From assembly GCA_030690945.1 (NCBI GenBank), contig JAUYFM010000068.1, positions 70,751 through 134,750 on the forward strand: a stretch of DNA of 64,000 nt. Reading direction: 5' to 3'. Positions 47,582-57,271 of the stretch are shown here, piece after piece. Position 1 is the first letter of the stretch; each line of letters opens with the position of its first letter. The DNA comes from Smithellaceae bacterium. Its GTDB lineage: Bacteria > Desulfobacterota > Syntrophia > Syntrophales > Smithellaceae. The translations under genes and the position numbers were made by a program. The notes under the pieces were generated by a model. It made no database searches and was not told where the DNA came from. It was given only the letters and a program-made list of their open reading frames with translations.

Positions 47582-48759
47582 AAACGATTTATCTCGATAA
47601 TAATGCCACAACGCAGGTGGCTGAGGATGTGCTGGACGTCATGATGCCTTATTTCAGAGATCTTTATGGCAATCCTTCCAGTATGCATACATTCGGCGGT
47701 CAGGTCGGCCAGAAAATTCGTCAGGCGCGCGAGCAGGTGGCGTCGCTTCTGGGCGCATTGCCGGAAGAAATTGTTTTCACCAGTTGTGGAACCGAAAGCG
47801 ATAACTCCGCGATCCGCTCAGCCCTGATTACGAGGTCTGATAAAAAGCATATCGTGATCAGCCGTGTGGAGCATCCGGCTATTCGCACCCTTTGTTCGCA
47901 TTTGGGTATGCAGGGATATAAAATTACCGAACTGTCTGTGGATAAAAACGGCATTCTTGATCTGGAAAATTTGGAAAAAAGTATGACGCCCGATACCGCT
48001 ATTGTCAGCCTGATGTGGGGCAACAATGAAACCGGTGTTATTTTCCCGGTGGAAGAAGCAGCAGGGATGGCGCACGAAAAGGGCATTCTCTTCCATACCG
48101 ATGCGGTTCAGGCGATCGGAAAAATTCCCATCAATATGAAAAACAATGTCATTGATATGCTGTCTATTTCCGGCCACAAGCTGCATGCGCCCAAGGGCAT
48201 CGGTGTCCTGTATATCCGGCGCGGCACCAAGTTTTCGCCTTTTCTGATCGGTGGCCATCAGGAAAAGGAGCGGCGCGGCGGTACGGAAAATACGCCCAGC
48301 ATTATAGGATTGGGCAAGGCCTGTGAACTGGCGGCAAGAAACATGGAAAAGGAAAATACGTATGTCAAGCGTCTGCGGGATAAACTGGAGCACGAACTTT
48401 TAAAGAGGATTCCGCAAAGCCGTGTTAATGGCGATATCGGAAATCGTCTGCCCAATACCACGAATATCAGCTTTGAATATGTGGAAGGCGAAGCGATACT
48501 GCTTCTGATGAATGAGCTGGGCATTTGCGCTTCATCCGGTTCAGCCTGTACCTCCGGGTCATTGCAGCCGTCGCACGTCCTGCGCGCGATGGGAGTGCCT
48601 TTTACGATGGCGCACGGCTCTATTCGTTTTAGCCTGAGCGTGAATAATACGGAAGAGGAAATTGACTTTGTTATTGAAAAAATGCCGGCGATCATCGAGC
48701 GGCTGCGGGGCATGTCGCCATTCTGGAATGCGAAGGAGCAGGCCTGCAGTAAGCAGTGA
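47578..48759 (+). CDS. nifS: Cysteine desulfurase NifS
   Basis: PLP Lys context SISGHKLHAPKGIG and active-site loop SSGSACTS. ATGA overlap with nifU. Confidence 0.9.
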   Translation: MKTIYLDNNATTQVAEDVLDVMMPYFRDLYGNPSSMHTFGGQVGQKIRQAREQVASLLGALPEEIVFTSCGTESDNSAIRSALITRSDKKHIVISRVEHPAIRTLCSHLGMQGYKITELSVDKNGILDLENLEKSMTPDTAIVSLMWGNNETGVIFPVEEAAGMAHEKGILFHTDAVQAIGKIPINMKNNVIDMLSISGHKLHAPKGIGVLYIRRGTKFSPFLIGGHQEKERRGGTENTPSIIGLGKACELAARNMEKENTYVKRLRDKLEHELLKRIPQSRVNGDIGNRLPNTTNISFEYVEGEAILLLMNELGICASSGSACTSGSLQPSHVLRAMGVPFTMAHGSIRFSLSVNNTEEEIDFVIEKMPAIIERLRGMSPFWNAKEQACSKQ

Positions 48760-48785
48760 ATAGTGAATAAGGATAATGTGAACAG

Positions 48786-49772
48786 ATGAAACGTGTAACC
48801 AATGGCGATAAATGCAAAAGTGAAATCAAATTGGCGAAAAATTACCGCGACGAAGTGCCGGCTATTGTTGATGAGCTTGTCGCCTCATGCAGCATGGAAG
48901 GATGTTTTGATCACGTCAGCGCCGAACCGATTCCGCATCGGGAAGCGATAATCGATATTCTGCGCCGGTTGGCGTTGATTTTATATCCCGGATATTTTAT
49001 TCGCACCCGTCTGGATTCAACCAATCTTCAATATTATCTTGGCCAACAGGTGACCGCTCTTTACGAAATCCTTTCCGAACAGGTTATTGTGGCCATCCGG
49101 CATGACTGTATCCGCCAGAACCAACCGTGCGTACATTGCGAACCATTGGGGCAAAAACTTGCGGTGGAATTCCTCCGGGAACTGCCTCAATTACGCATAA
49201 TGCTGGCTAAGGATATCCGCGCCGCCTTCGACGGCGATCCGGCGGCCAAAGGCTATGATGAAATCATCTTCAGCTATCCGGGTATCTGGGCGATCATGGT
49301 TTACCGAATCGCACATGAGCTCTATCATCAACATATTCCGCTCATGCCGCGGATTATGACGGAACATGCTCACAGCCTTACCGGCATTGATATTCATCCG
49401 GGAGCGCATATCGGCGAGAGTTTTTTTATTGATCACGGCACAGGCGTTGTAATTGGAGAAACCTGCACGATCGGCAATCGCGTGCGTATCTATCAGGGCG
49501 TTACGCTGGGGGCTCTGTCTTTGTCCAAGGCAGAGTGCAAACGGTTGAGATCCAAGAAACGCCATCCATCGATTGAAGATGATGCGATCATTTACGCCAA
49601 TGCCACCATTCTGGGCGGGGATACGGTCGTCGGAGCCCGGTCGGTTATTGGTGGAAACGTCTGGCTCACGCATTCCGTGCCACCGGATACGGAAGTATTT
49701 ATTAAAAAACAGGATTTGATATTTGGCGCGAAGCAGTATAAAAAACAGGCATCTAAACAAAAGTTGCGCTAA
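48786..49772 (+). CDS. cysE: Serine O-acetyltransferase (long form)
   Basis: Left-handed beta-helix hexapeptide repeats (IHPGAHIGESFFIDHGTGVVIGETCTIGNRVRIYQGVTLG) and a SATase-like N-terminal helical region. Confidence 0.78.
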   Translation: MKRVTNGDKCKSEIKLAKNYRDEVPAIVDELVASCSMEGCFDHVSAEPIPHREAIIDILRRLALILYPGYFIRTRLDSTNLQYYLGQQVTALYEILSEQVIVAIRHDCIRQNQPCVHCEPLGQKLAVEFLRELPQLRIMLAKDIRAAFDGDPAAKGYDEIIFSYPGIWAIMVYRIAHELYHQHIPLMPRIMTEHAHSLTGIDIHPGAHIGESFFIDHGTGVVIGETCTIGNRVRIYQGVTLGALSLSKAECKRLRSKKRHPSIEDDAIIYANATILGGDTVVGARSVIGGNVWLTHSVPPDTEVFIKKQDLIFGAKQYKKQASKQKLR

Positions 49773-49859
49773 TTGATGATAAAAAGATGGATTTTTTTTA
49801 AAATAAGAGATATTTTCACAAAAGTGTTTTCCAAAATAAAATTTTAAAAGGGGTGTCCA

Positions 49860-50129
49860 ATGAACAGAGCAGAGTTAATCGAAGAAGTAGCAAAGGCAAC
49901 ATGCACCAAGAAAGAGGCTGATGCGGCTGTTAGTGCTACATTGGCGGCAATCCAGAAAGCACTTAAAAAAGGAGACAGCGTAACGCTGGTGGGATTCGGC
50001 ACCTTCTCCGTAAGCAAGAGAAAGGCCCGCAAAGGCAGGAACCCCCAGACAGGTGAGGCCATCAAAATCGCCGCCAAGAAGGTTCCGGTATTCAAAGCCG
50101 GCAAGGGTTTGAAGGACGCAGTTAAATAA
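49860..50129 (+). CDS. hup: HU-family DNA-binding protein
   Basis: [12 protein letters not shown]...[40 protein letters not shown]. Confidence 0.9.
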   Translation: MNRAELIEEVAKATCTKKEADAAVSATLAAIQKALKKGDSVTLVGFGTFSVSKRKARKGRNPQTGEAIKIAAKKVPVFKAGKGLKDAVK

Positions 50130-50157
50130 GTTTATATTTGTCATCATTTAATAAAAA

Positions 50158-50194
50158 AGAGCCGCCTCATTTTCCAATGAAGCGGCTTTTTTTG
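50158..50194 (+). terminator. Rho-independent terminator after hup
   Basis: agccgcctcatt-ttcc-aatgaagcggct followed by T7. Confidence 0.6.
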
Positions 50195-50368
50195 GATTCT
50201 TTCTTTACGCAGAAGGTCTCCTCATCAAAATATCAGTTGCGCTTGACACCCATTGACGTTATTGATGGATCATTCAAAAAGCAGGTGGTGTTAGTCTTTC
50301 AAGACTTAACAGGATCAATTATCTATAAAACTATTTTTAGTTTGGAATAATTTAGGGGAGGCTTCAGA

Positions 50369-51871
50369 ATGAACATTGCGGAACTGGCTTTAAAGAATTT
50401 AGCTGTAGGCGAGCACGTCAGTAATATTTTTGAAGGGCAGGAAATCACCAACGTACAGATGGACCGCGCCGCCAGAAAATTTGGTCATGCGCTCAAGAAA
50501 CTGGGCGTTTCCAAAGGCGACCGGGTCATTATGCAGATGCCGAACTGTCCGGAAGTGCTTCAGGCGTTTCAGGCGATCTGGAAGATTGGCGCGATCGCTG
50601 TTCCGATCAATTATCTGGTTGGTCAGGAAGAAATCAATTACATCTACCGTGACAGCGGCGTCCATACGGTTATTACTTCGCCGGAGTACCTTGATAAAGT
50701 CAAGATTGCGCAATCAGAATCCGCCGCCGTAAAGAACATTATCATAGTTTCTGACAAAGAGCAGGAAGAGACCTATAACTTTCAGAAGCTTGTTGACGGC
50801 AGTTCGGATGACCTGGAAATTGCCGAAACCGCAGACGATGAAGTCGCCACAATGATTTATACCTCGGGTACGACCGGCACGCCCAAAGGGGTGATGTTGA
50901 CCCACGCAGGACTGGCTTACTCCGCGCGAATGCAGCAGGAGTCGACCAATCTTCCGCTGGATCTGGTTTCACTGGCCGTTTTGCCGCTTTGCCATTCCTT
51001 TGGCGTTGCCATGATGAATGGTTCGTTTCTACGATTGCACGGCAAAGTTATCATCATGCGGCAATTTAATCTGGAACAGCTCTTTGCCAACATCGATAAG
51101 TACAAAGTCCAGTCCGTGCCGATTGTTCCCACAATGTTGGTCTACATGCTCATGTTTCCGGATTACGCAAAATACAGCATCAGCTCCGTCAAATACTGGG
51201 TATGCGGTTCGGCGCCCCTGTCGCTGGACACCTGGAAGCAGTTTAAGGATAAATTCGGGATGAAAATTGCTGAAGGCTGGGGTTTGACTGAAGCGGGGGC
51301 GAACAACGCGACCAATGTCGGTCAAGCCATCATCAAACCCGGTTCCATCGGCAGACCCATGAAGGGCATGGAGATGAGGATATTCGATAACGATGACAAA
51401 GAGGCGCCGCAGGGTCAGGAGGGGGAACTCGTTTTGCGCGGCCCGATGGTCATGAAGGGTTACTGGAACATGCCCGAGGCCACGGCAGAAGCGATCCGCG
51501 ACGGCTGGCTGCATACCGGCGATATTGGCTACGTGGATACGGACGGGTATTTCTACATTACCGATCGCAAGAAAGACATCATCATCAAGGGTGGCGAAAA
51601 CATCTCGCCGCGTGTTATTGAAGAAGTCCTCTACGCCCATCCCGCTGTGGCCGAGGCGTCCGTTATCGGCATCAAAGACAAGGTTTATGGAGAGGATATT
51701 AAGGCCTTTGTCACCCTTAAGCCGGGGCTCTCGGCAGCGCCCGAAGACATGATGGAACATTGTAAAGCAAAACTGAAGAAATTCCTCATCCCCAAAGAGG
51801 TGGTTATCCTGGCTGCGATGCCCAAAACGTTGGTGGGGAAAATCCTAAAGAAAGAACTGCGCAAGATGTAA
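50369..51871 (+). CDS. AMP-dependent acyl-CoA synthetase/ligase
   Basis: AMP-binding signature IYTSGTTGTPKGVMLTH, GWLHTGDIGY, and the C-terminal Lys region. Substrate not inferable. Confidence 0.8.
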   Translation: MNIAELALKNLAVGEHVSNIFEGQEITNVQMDRAARKFGHALKKLGVSKGDRVIMQMPNCPEVLQAFQAIWKIGAIAVPINYLVGQEEINYIYRDSGVHTVITSPEYLDKVKIAQSESAAVKNIIIVSDKEQEETYNFQKLVDGSSDDLEIAETADDEVATMIYTSGTTGTPKGVMLTHAGLAYSARMQQESTNLPLDLVSLAVLPLCHSFGVAMMNGSFLRLHGKVIIMRQFNLEQLFANIDKYKVQSVPIVPTMLVYMLMFPDYAKYSISSVKYWVCGSAPLSLDTWKQFKDKFGMKIAEGWGLTEAGANNATNVGQAIIKPGSIGRPMKGMEMRIFDNDDKEAPQGQEGELVLRGPMVMKGYWNMPEATAEAIRDGWLHTGDIGYVDTDGYFYITDRKKDIIIKGGENISPRVIEEVLYAHPAVAEASVIGIKDKVYGEDIKAFVTLKPGLSAAPEDMMEHCKAKLKKFLIPKEVVILAAMPKTLVGKILKKELRKM

Positions 51872-51915
51872 AGACGACACAAAAGGCTGAAGGCTGAAGG
51901 GTTAAATTGATGAAC

Positions 51916-51958
51916 AAAGACACCGCTTCACAACCGTGAAGCGGTGTCTTTGTTTTTA
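51916..51958. terminator. Bidirectional rho-independent terminator
   Basis: aaagacaccgcttcac-aacc-gtgaagcggtgtcttt plus a T run. Overlaps the SDR stop codon. Confidence 0.65.
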
Positions 51959-52759
51959 TTGCGCCCCTTCGCGAAACAGTGACGTTCTTCCCCCATCCAC
52001 CACCAGATCATGGCAATTGACAAAGCTGCCTTCATCGGACGCCAGGAAAAGTGCACCGTAGGCGATGTCTTTATCTAAACCAGCTCTGGGCAGCGGCGTG
52101 GCCTTGGCCAGACTCATTTTCAGTTTTTCCATTTTGCGCGCGTTTTGTTCCGCTGACAGCGTATTGGCAGTCTGGGAGCCTCCCCAGAAAATCGGTGTGG
52201 CAATCGCACCGGGTGAAATGCTGTTGACGCGGATACCGTGCGGGCCAAGCTGCGTTCCGGCTAAACGGGTAATGTGGGTGACCGCGGCTTTGGCTGCCGT
52301 ATAAAGGTATCCGCCCTGATTCATGCGGATGGCCGCCACACTGGAGTTATTGATGATGCAGCCCGCGCCCTGTGCCTTCATGACGGGAGCGGCATGCTTC
52401 ATGCCGAAGACGACTGCCCCCAGCAGAAGATTCATGCTGTAGCTGAAATCTTCCGGCGTCACCGTTTCCAATGTGCCGCGATCCGGGCCGCCCGCGTTGT
52501 TAAACAGGCAGTCCAGTCTGCCAAAACGGGAGACAGCCAGATCGATTACCGCTTTAATGTCCGATTCGATCATGACATCGGTGCGGGAGTAGATGACGTT
52601 CTCGCCCAGACGTTTGGCGATCTCCGCACCTTTTTGCTCCGATCTTCCGGCGATGATCACTTTCGCGCCGTGGGCGGCAAAGACTTCGGCCGTCGCTTCA
52701 CCGATGCCGCTGGTTCCACCGGTAATCACCGTCACTTTATTTTCCAATCTTTTACTCAT
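51956..52759 (-). CDS. SDR-family oxidoreductase
   Basis: TGGTSGIG cofactor motif, NNAG, catalytic YxxxK (YTAAKAAV). Confidence 0.85.
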   Translation of the reverse strand: MSKRLENKVTVITGGTSGIGEATAEVFAAHGAKVIIAGRSEQKGAEIAKRLGENVIYSRTDVMIESDIKAVIDLAVSRFGRLDCLFNNAGGPDRGTLETVTPEDFSYSMNLLLGAVVFGMKHAAPVMKAQGAGCIINNSSVAAIRMNQGGYLYTAAKAAVTHITRLAGTQLGPHGIRVNSISPGAIATPIFWGGSQTANTLSAEQNARKMEKLKMSLAKATPLPRAGLDKDIAYGALFLASDEGSFVNCHDLVVDGGRTSLFREGAQ

Positions 52760-52800
52760 ATTTTCACTCCTTCAAATGGATTATTTATATTTAATCCCGC

Positions 52801-52902
52801 TTTCGCGAGACGAGCGTCAATTCTCCGCAGCGAGCTCGCGATATAATGACGTTCATTTCATACCTCGACAGCTTGCCGCGAGGTGGTTGATTGTCGGGAT
52901 GG
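52801..52902 (-). repeat. Dispersed ~103-bp three-hairpin intergenic repeat, copy E (most diverged)
   Basis: The reverse complement reads aatcaaccacctcgcggcaagctgtcgaggtatgaaatgaacgtcattatatcgcgagctcgctgcggagaattgacgctcgtctcgcgaaagcgggattaa. Confidence 0.8.
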
Positions 52903-53058
52903 ATAGTATTCCTCAGGGATATTGTCAACTGAATTATTCCATGGACAAACATTGTTTTATTTACCGAATATTTATGGTATTAAACATCAGGTATTCGCGG
53001 AATGCTGTGCCCATACAAACCATTTAAACTGATTCAAATGAAGAAGAAGGAGCAAAAC

Positions 53059-53496
53059 ATGAAACTGCCGGAATATGTGACGGCTAAGGAAGTAGCGCGT
53101 GTCTGTAAGGAGTTTGGGCTGGCCGATTGGTCCAAACGGAAAAAGGCCGTTGTGTCGGCCAAGGAAGCCGCTAAAATTCTCAAGATTGTTAATGTTGAAA
53201 AGATGAAAATTCCTCTGGACGATTTCCGCATGGGACTGGAAGTGGAACTTGAACATGGGACAAGATTCCAAGACGCCAATATCACCAACAACCATCCTCT
53301 CCTGACCGGAAAGATCGTTCTGGCTCATTTGAAGGAAACGATGGACTATTATCGTCGGATCGACGTGGCCGAGATCGAAGGCGACCTCCTCAAGGCGATT
53401 CTGTCCGGCAATTTGGGCAAGATCAAGTCCAAATACAAAAAACTCGCCCAAGCGCAAAAAATATTAAGCGAAGTGGTTGCCAGGCAATTGACATAG
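53059..53496 (+). CDS. Hypothetical protein (small helical, LEVELEHG...HLKETMDYY motif)
   Basis: aaggag SD before the ATG at 53059. The motif pair resembles a small DUF seen in phage and bacterial proteins (weak recollection). Confidence 0.4.
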   Translation: MKLPEYVTAKEVARVCKEFGLADWSKRKKAVVSAKEAAKILKIVNVEKMKIPLDDFRMGLEVELEHGTRFQDANITNNHPLLTGKIVLAHLKETMDYYRRIDVAEIEGDLLKAILSGNLGKIKSKYKKLAQAQKILSEVVARQLT

Positions 53497-53653
53497 TGGG
53501 TATGGGCGTCCGGGGGATATCCAGCGTATCCACCCTGGTCGAGCACAATCATTTGCCTTGACCTCTCAAAATGATCATGTATCATTCATCAGCAGGATGT
53601 CATCGCCACCGGTTGTCGAAATCAGGAGAACATCAATTTTCGGGAAAGTGATC

Positions 53654-54202
53654 ATGGTGAAAGCAAAAGATAAAAAGAAATCATTTGGCCAGAGCATCAA
53701 AGCGTATCGTGAGGACAGGAAATTGAGCATCAAAGAACTGGCTCATGAAACCGGATATCCTGCCGACCTCCTGGAAAAGGTTGAAAAAGATGAAACCACG
53801 CCTCCGGTGGCGCTTGTTTTACAGTTAAGCCGAACCCTGAAGGTTGATGTTGAAACACTGGATGGCGACGAAAACAGAAAAGGCTCATCAAGGGCGAAAA
53901 GCCAGAAAAAGCGGGCGGGATCATACGCCTATACGCAACTCACCAAATCAGGGTCCGATAAGCATCTTGGCGCGTATCGCGTCACCATCGAACCCAATAC
54001 AGCTCATGAAGGCGTTGAATACCACCATGAAGGTGAGGAATTCATCTATGTATTAAAAGGGAGGCTTTCGATTGTGGTGGGCAAAAACACCAGTCTTCTG
54101 GAACCAGGTGAATGCATCCATTTTAATTCGGCCCTGCATCACGCATTAAGCAATCCTTCCGACGAAAAAGCAGAACTGCTCGTTGTTCTGTATATTCCCT
54201 AA
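53654..54202 (+). CDS. XRE-family HTH + cupin transcriptional regulator
   Basis: HTH (FGQSIKAYREDRKLSIKELAHETGY) and a C-terminal cupin (HHEGEEFIYVLKGRLSIVVG...GECIHFNSALHHAL). Confidence 0.75.
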   Translation: MVKAKDKKKSFGQSIKAYREDRKLSIKELAHETGYPADLLEKVEKDETTPPVALVLQLSRTLKVDVETLDGDENRKGSSRAKSQKKRAGSYAYTQLTKSGSDKHLGAYRVTIEPNTAHEGVEYHHEGEEFIYVLKGRLSIVVGKNTSLLEPGECIHFNSALHHALSNPSDEKAELLVVLYIP

Positions 54203-54212
54203 AGGCGTAACG

Positions 54213-55352
54213 ATGGCATTTGAAATCTCAAGTGAACAGGAAATGATCAGACTCATGGCCAGAGACTTTGCCAAAAAGGAGCTGGAGCCGATGGCGGCCG
54301 AATGGGACAGGCAAGGCATTTTTCCAACGGATGCCATAAAAAAGATGGGCGAGCTTGGCCTGCTCGGCATGATGGTTCCGCCTGCGCTGGGAGGATCGGG
54401 CGCCGGTGCGGTGGCGTATTCGCTGGCTCTGCAAGAGATAGCCTACGCGTGTGCTTCGAGCGCCGTCACCATGTCGGTTGCCAACCTGTCCACCGAGCCG
54501 CTTCTTAAATTCGGCAACAAAGAACAGAAAGAAAAATGGCTGTTAGGCCTTGCCGAAGGTGCTCTCCTGGGCGCTTTTGCGCTGACGGAACCGGGCGCCG
54601 GTTCTGATCCCGGCTCAATGACGACCACGGCTGAACTCAAAAAAGACAAATATATCATCAACGGAACAAAGGTTTTTATCACGCATGGCCGGTATGCCGA
54701 TGTCATCAATCTTATTGCCAGAACCGGCCAGGAGAAGGGGACAAGGGGGCTGTCCGCTTTTATCATAGAAAAAGACGCGCAAGGCTTTACCATCGGAACA
54801 AAAGAAGAAAAACTGGGTCTGAGGGCGTCCAATACCGTTGAACTTGTTTTTGAAGACTGTGAAATCCCCGCAAAAAACATGCTCGGAAACCCCGGCGAAG
54901 GATTCAAGGTGGCGATGCTCGCGCTGGACAGCGGGAGAATCGGCATTGCATCCCAGTCCGTAGGCATTGCGCGGGCTTGCCTGGATGAAGCTATTTCCTA
55001 CACCAAACAAAGGCGTCAGTTCGGAAAATCCGTCAGTTCGTTCCAGGCTATTCGGTTTATGATTGCAGATGCCGCGACAAAGATCGAAGCCGCTTCCTGG
55101 CTGACCCTGGCGGCGGCTGACCGCAAGGACAGGGGGTTGAAGTTTACGAAAGAAGCATCGATGGCCAAGTTGTTCGCCTCGGAAACAGCCAATTCGAGCG
55201 CCTACATGGCGCTTCAGGTTCATGGCGGATATGGCTATACGAAGCACTACAAGGTAGAGCGTTTATACCGGGACGCACGCGCCACCACTATCTATGAAGG
55301 CACATCGGAAATCCAACGCATCGTCATCGCCAGAGAAGTCATCAAGGAATAA
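54213..55352 (+). CDS. Acyl-CoA dehydrogenase (short/medium-chain type)
   Basis: ALTEPGAGSD, FITHG, QVHGGYGYTKHYKVERLYRDARATTIYEGTSEIQR. Confidence 0.9.
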   Translation: MAFEISSEQEMIRLMARDFAKKELEPMAAEWDRQGIFPTDAIKKMGELGLLGMMVPPALGGSGAGAVAYSLALQEIAYACASSAVTMSVANLSTEPLLKFGNKEQKEKWLLGLAEGALLGAFALTEPGAGSDPGSMTTTAELKKDKYIINGTKVFITHGRYADVINLIARTGQEKGTRGLSAFIIEKDAQGFTIGTKEEKLGLRASNTVELVFEDCEIPAKNMLGNPGEGFKVAMLALDSGRIGIASQSVGIARACLDEAISYTKQRRQFGKSVSSFQAIRFMIADAATKIEAASWLTLAAADRKDRGLKFTKEASMAKLFASETANSSAYMALQVHGGYGYTKHYKVERLYRDARATTIYEGTSEIQRIVIAREVIKE

Positions 55353-55361
55353 GGAGATGTC

Positions 55362-56903
55362 ATGAACTTCGCTTCGATCATTGAAAAGACCTGTAAAACA
55401 TATCCCGATAAAACCTGTGTCGTCCATGATGACGTGCGGTTAACCTTCAAACAGATGGAGGAACGGGCAAACCGCTTGGCTACGGCCTTGATTAAAATGG
55501 GTGTTAAACCCGGTGACCGTGTAGCCGTCTTTCAAACCAACTGTTTTCAATTTTGCGAAATAACATATGCCATCGGCAAAGTGGGTGGCATTTCCGCCAA
55601 TTTGAACTTCAGGTTGCGCGGAGAAGAAGTCTCCTACATCCTGAATAATTGCACACCCAAGGTTCTGATTTTAGGTGATCGCTATACAGAGCTTATCAAC
55701 AACGGTATCCGGGCCAATCTGCCATCCATCAAGCATTATGTGGTTATCGGGGAGCCTGCGGCGGATATGGAAAGTTACGAACTCCTGCTTTCACAGCAGT
55801 CGTCGTCGCCTTTCCCCAGCGTGTCTGTTCAGGAGAGCGACACGGCCTGCCTCATCTATACCAGTGGAACAACGGGCGTTCCCAAGGGCGCCATGTTGAC
55901 CCAAGCCAATGTCGTGACCCCCATCACGGATCGTTACACCTTCGCCGCGGGGACATTGCTCTTGAACGTTCCCATGTATCACATTGCCGGCGTCATCAGC
56001 ACCTTACTTCCTCTTTATCGGGGAGATACCCAGATCATCCTTCCCCAGTTCGAGACAGGGGCCTGTCTGGATATCATCGAAAAAGAGAAAGTGGCCACAA
56101 CCTATCTGGTGCCCACCATGCTTCAGGGCATCCTGGATCATCCGGATTTTCCGAAGAAAGACCTCAGTTCTTTAAGAAATATCGGTTATGGTGCTTCCCC
56201 CATGCCCGTCAAACTTCTCATGCAAGCCAAGAAACTCCTTCAGACCGACTATACGAATTTTTTCGGCATGACGGAGTCAACGGGCATTATTTCCGTGCTG
56301 TCTCCCGAGGATCATCTCCTGGAAGGCAGCCCGGAGGATATAGCGAAAAAAACAAAGCGCTTGTCCAGCATCGGTCATTGCATTCCCGAAGGGGAGGTGC
56401 GGATCGTGGATGATCAGGATCAGGATGTTCCGATCGGTACCGTCGGCGAAATCATTGCCCGTGGCAAAAAGGTTATGAAGGGTTATTGGGACAAGCCGGA
56501 AGCGTCGGCAGAAACTCTGCGTGGAGGATGGCTGCATACGGGTGATCTAGCCAGCATGGATGAGGATGGATATCTCTACCTTGCGGGAAGAAAAAAAGAC
56601 ATGATCATTCGCGGAGGAGAGAACATCTATCCCGTAGAAATCGAAAATGTACTGCAGAGCTACCCCAAGGTTTTAGAATCGGCCGTCATTGGTATCCCGG
56701 ACGACTATTGGGGAGAGATCGTGAAAGCAGTCATTATTCTTAAGCCGGGGCAGCAGGCCACTCCGGAGGAGATTATGGAATATTGCCGCGAAAAGTTGGC
56801 CAGTTATAAGAAACCTGCGATCGTAGAATTTGTGGAAACTCTGCCGAAAAATGCCATGCAGAAGGTTTTGAAGAATGTTCTCCGCGGAGAGCTTCAATTA
56901 TAG
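55362..56903 (+). CDS. AMP-dependent acyl-CoA synthetase/ligase
   Basis: IYTSGTTGVPKGAMLTQ, GWLHTGDLAS, RKKDMIIRGGENIYP. Confidence 0.8.
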   Translation: MNFASIIEKTCKTYPDKTCVVHDDVRLTFKQMEERANRLATALIKMGVKPGDRVAVFQTNCFQFCEITYAIGKVGGISANLNFRLRGEEVSYILNNCTPKVLILGDRYTELINNGIRANLPSIKHYVVIGEPAADMESYELLLSQQSSSPFPSVSVQESDTACLIYTSGTTGVPKGAMLTQANVVTPITDRYTFAAGTLLLNVPMYHIAGVISTLLPLYRGDTQIILPQFETGACLDIIEKEKVATTYLVPTMLQGILDHPDFPKKDLSSLRNIGYGASPMPVKLLMQAKKLLQTDYTNFFGMTESTGIISVLSPEDHLLEGSPEDIAKKTKRLSSIGHCIPEGEVRIVDDQDQDVPIGTVGEIIARGKKVMKGYWDKPEASAETLRGGWLHTGDLASMDEDGYLYLAGRKKDMIIRGGENIYPVEIENVLQSYPKVLESAVIGIPDDYWGEIVKAVIILKPGQQATPEEIMEYCREKLASYKKPAIVEFVETLPKNAMQKVLKNVLRGELQL

Positions 56904-57271
56904 CTTTATATAAAAGCGTAATTGATTTCCACCAGCAATCTAATACTACTCACGTCCGACAATAAAGACCAGTACAATTGACCGGTGTCCCTTCAAAGTA
57001 TCCCTCAACAGGTTGAGGTTCCACCGCATGTTGAGGGCAAGGGAATCATTTCATGTTTTGCTGCTGATCTTTTTTCTTAATCAAACATCATGTTATTAAA
57101 GAATAATCCAGAATTCTGATTTTCGTTCGGCTATTGGCCGACTATTTGCAGTTGTTAAGTAATCGTTATGCATTCGTCCAATGGAAGGGCGTCTTTTGGA
57201 ATACATCCGAATCTGCTCAAAATTAATAGCTGAGTTTGGATGACTGAAAATCAGCAGCGAAAGGAGTATTT

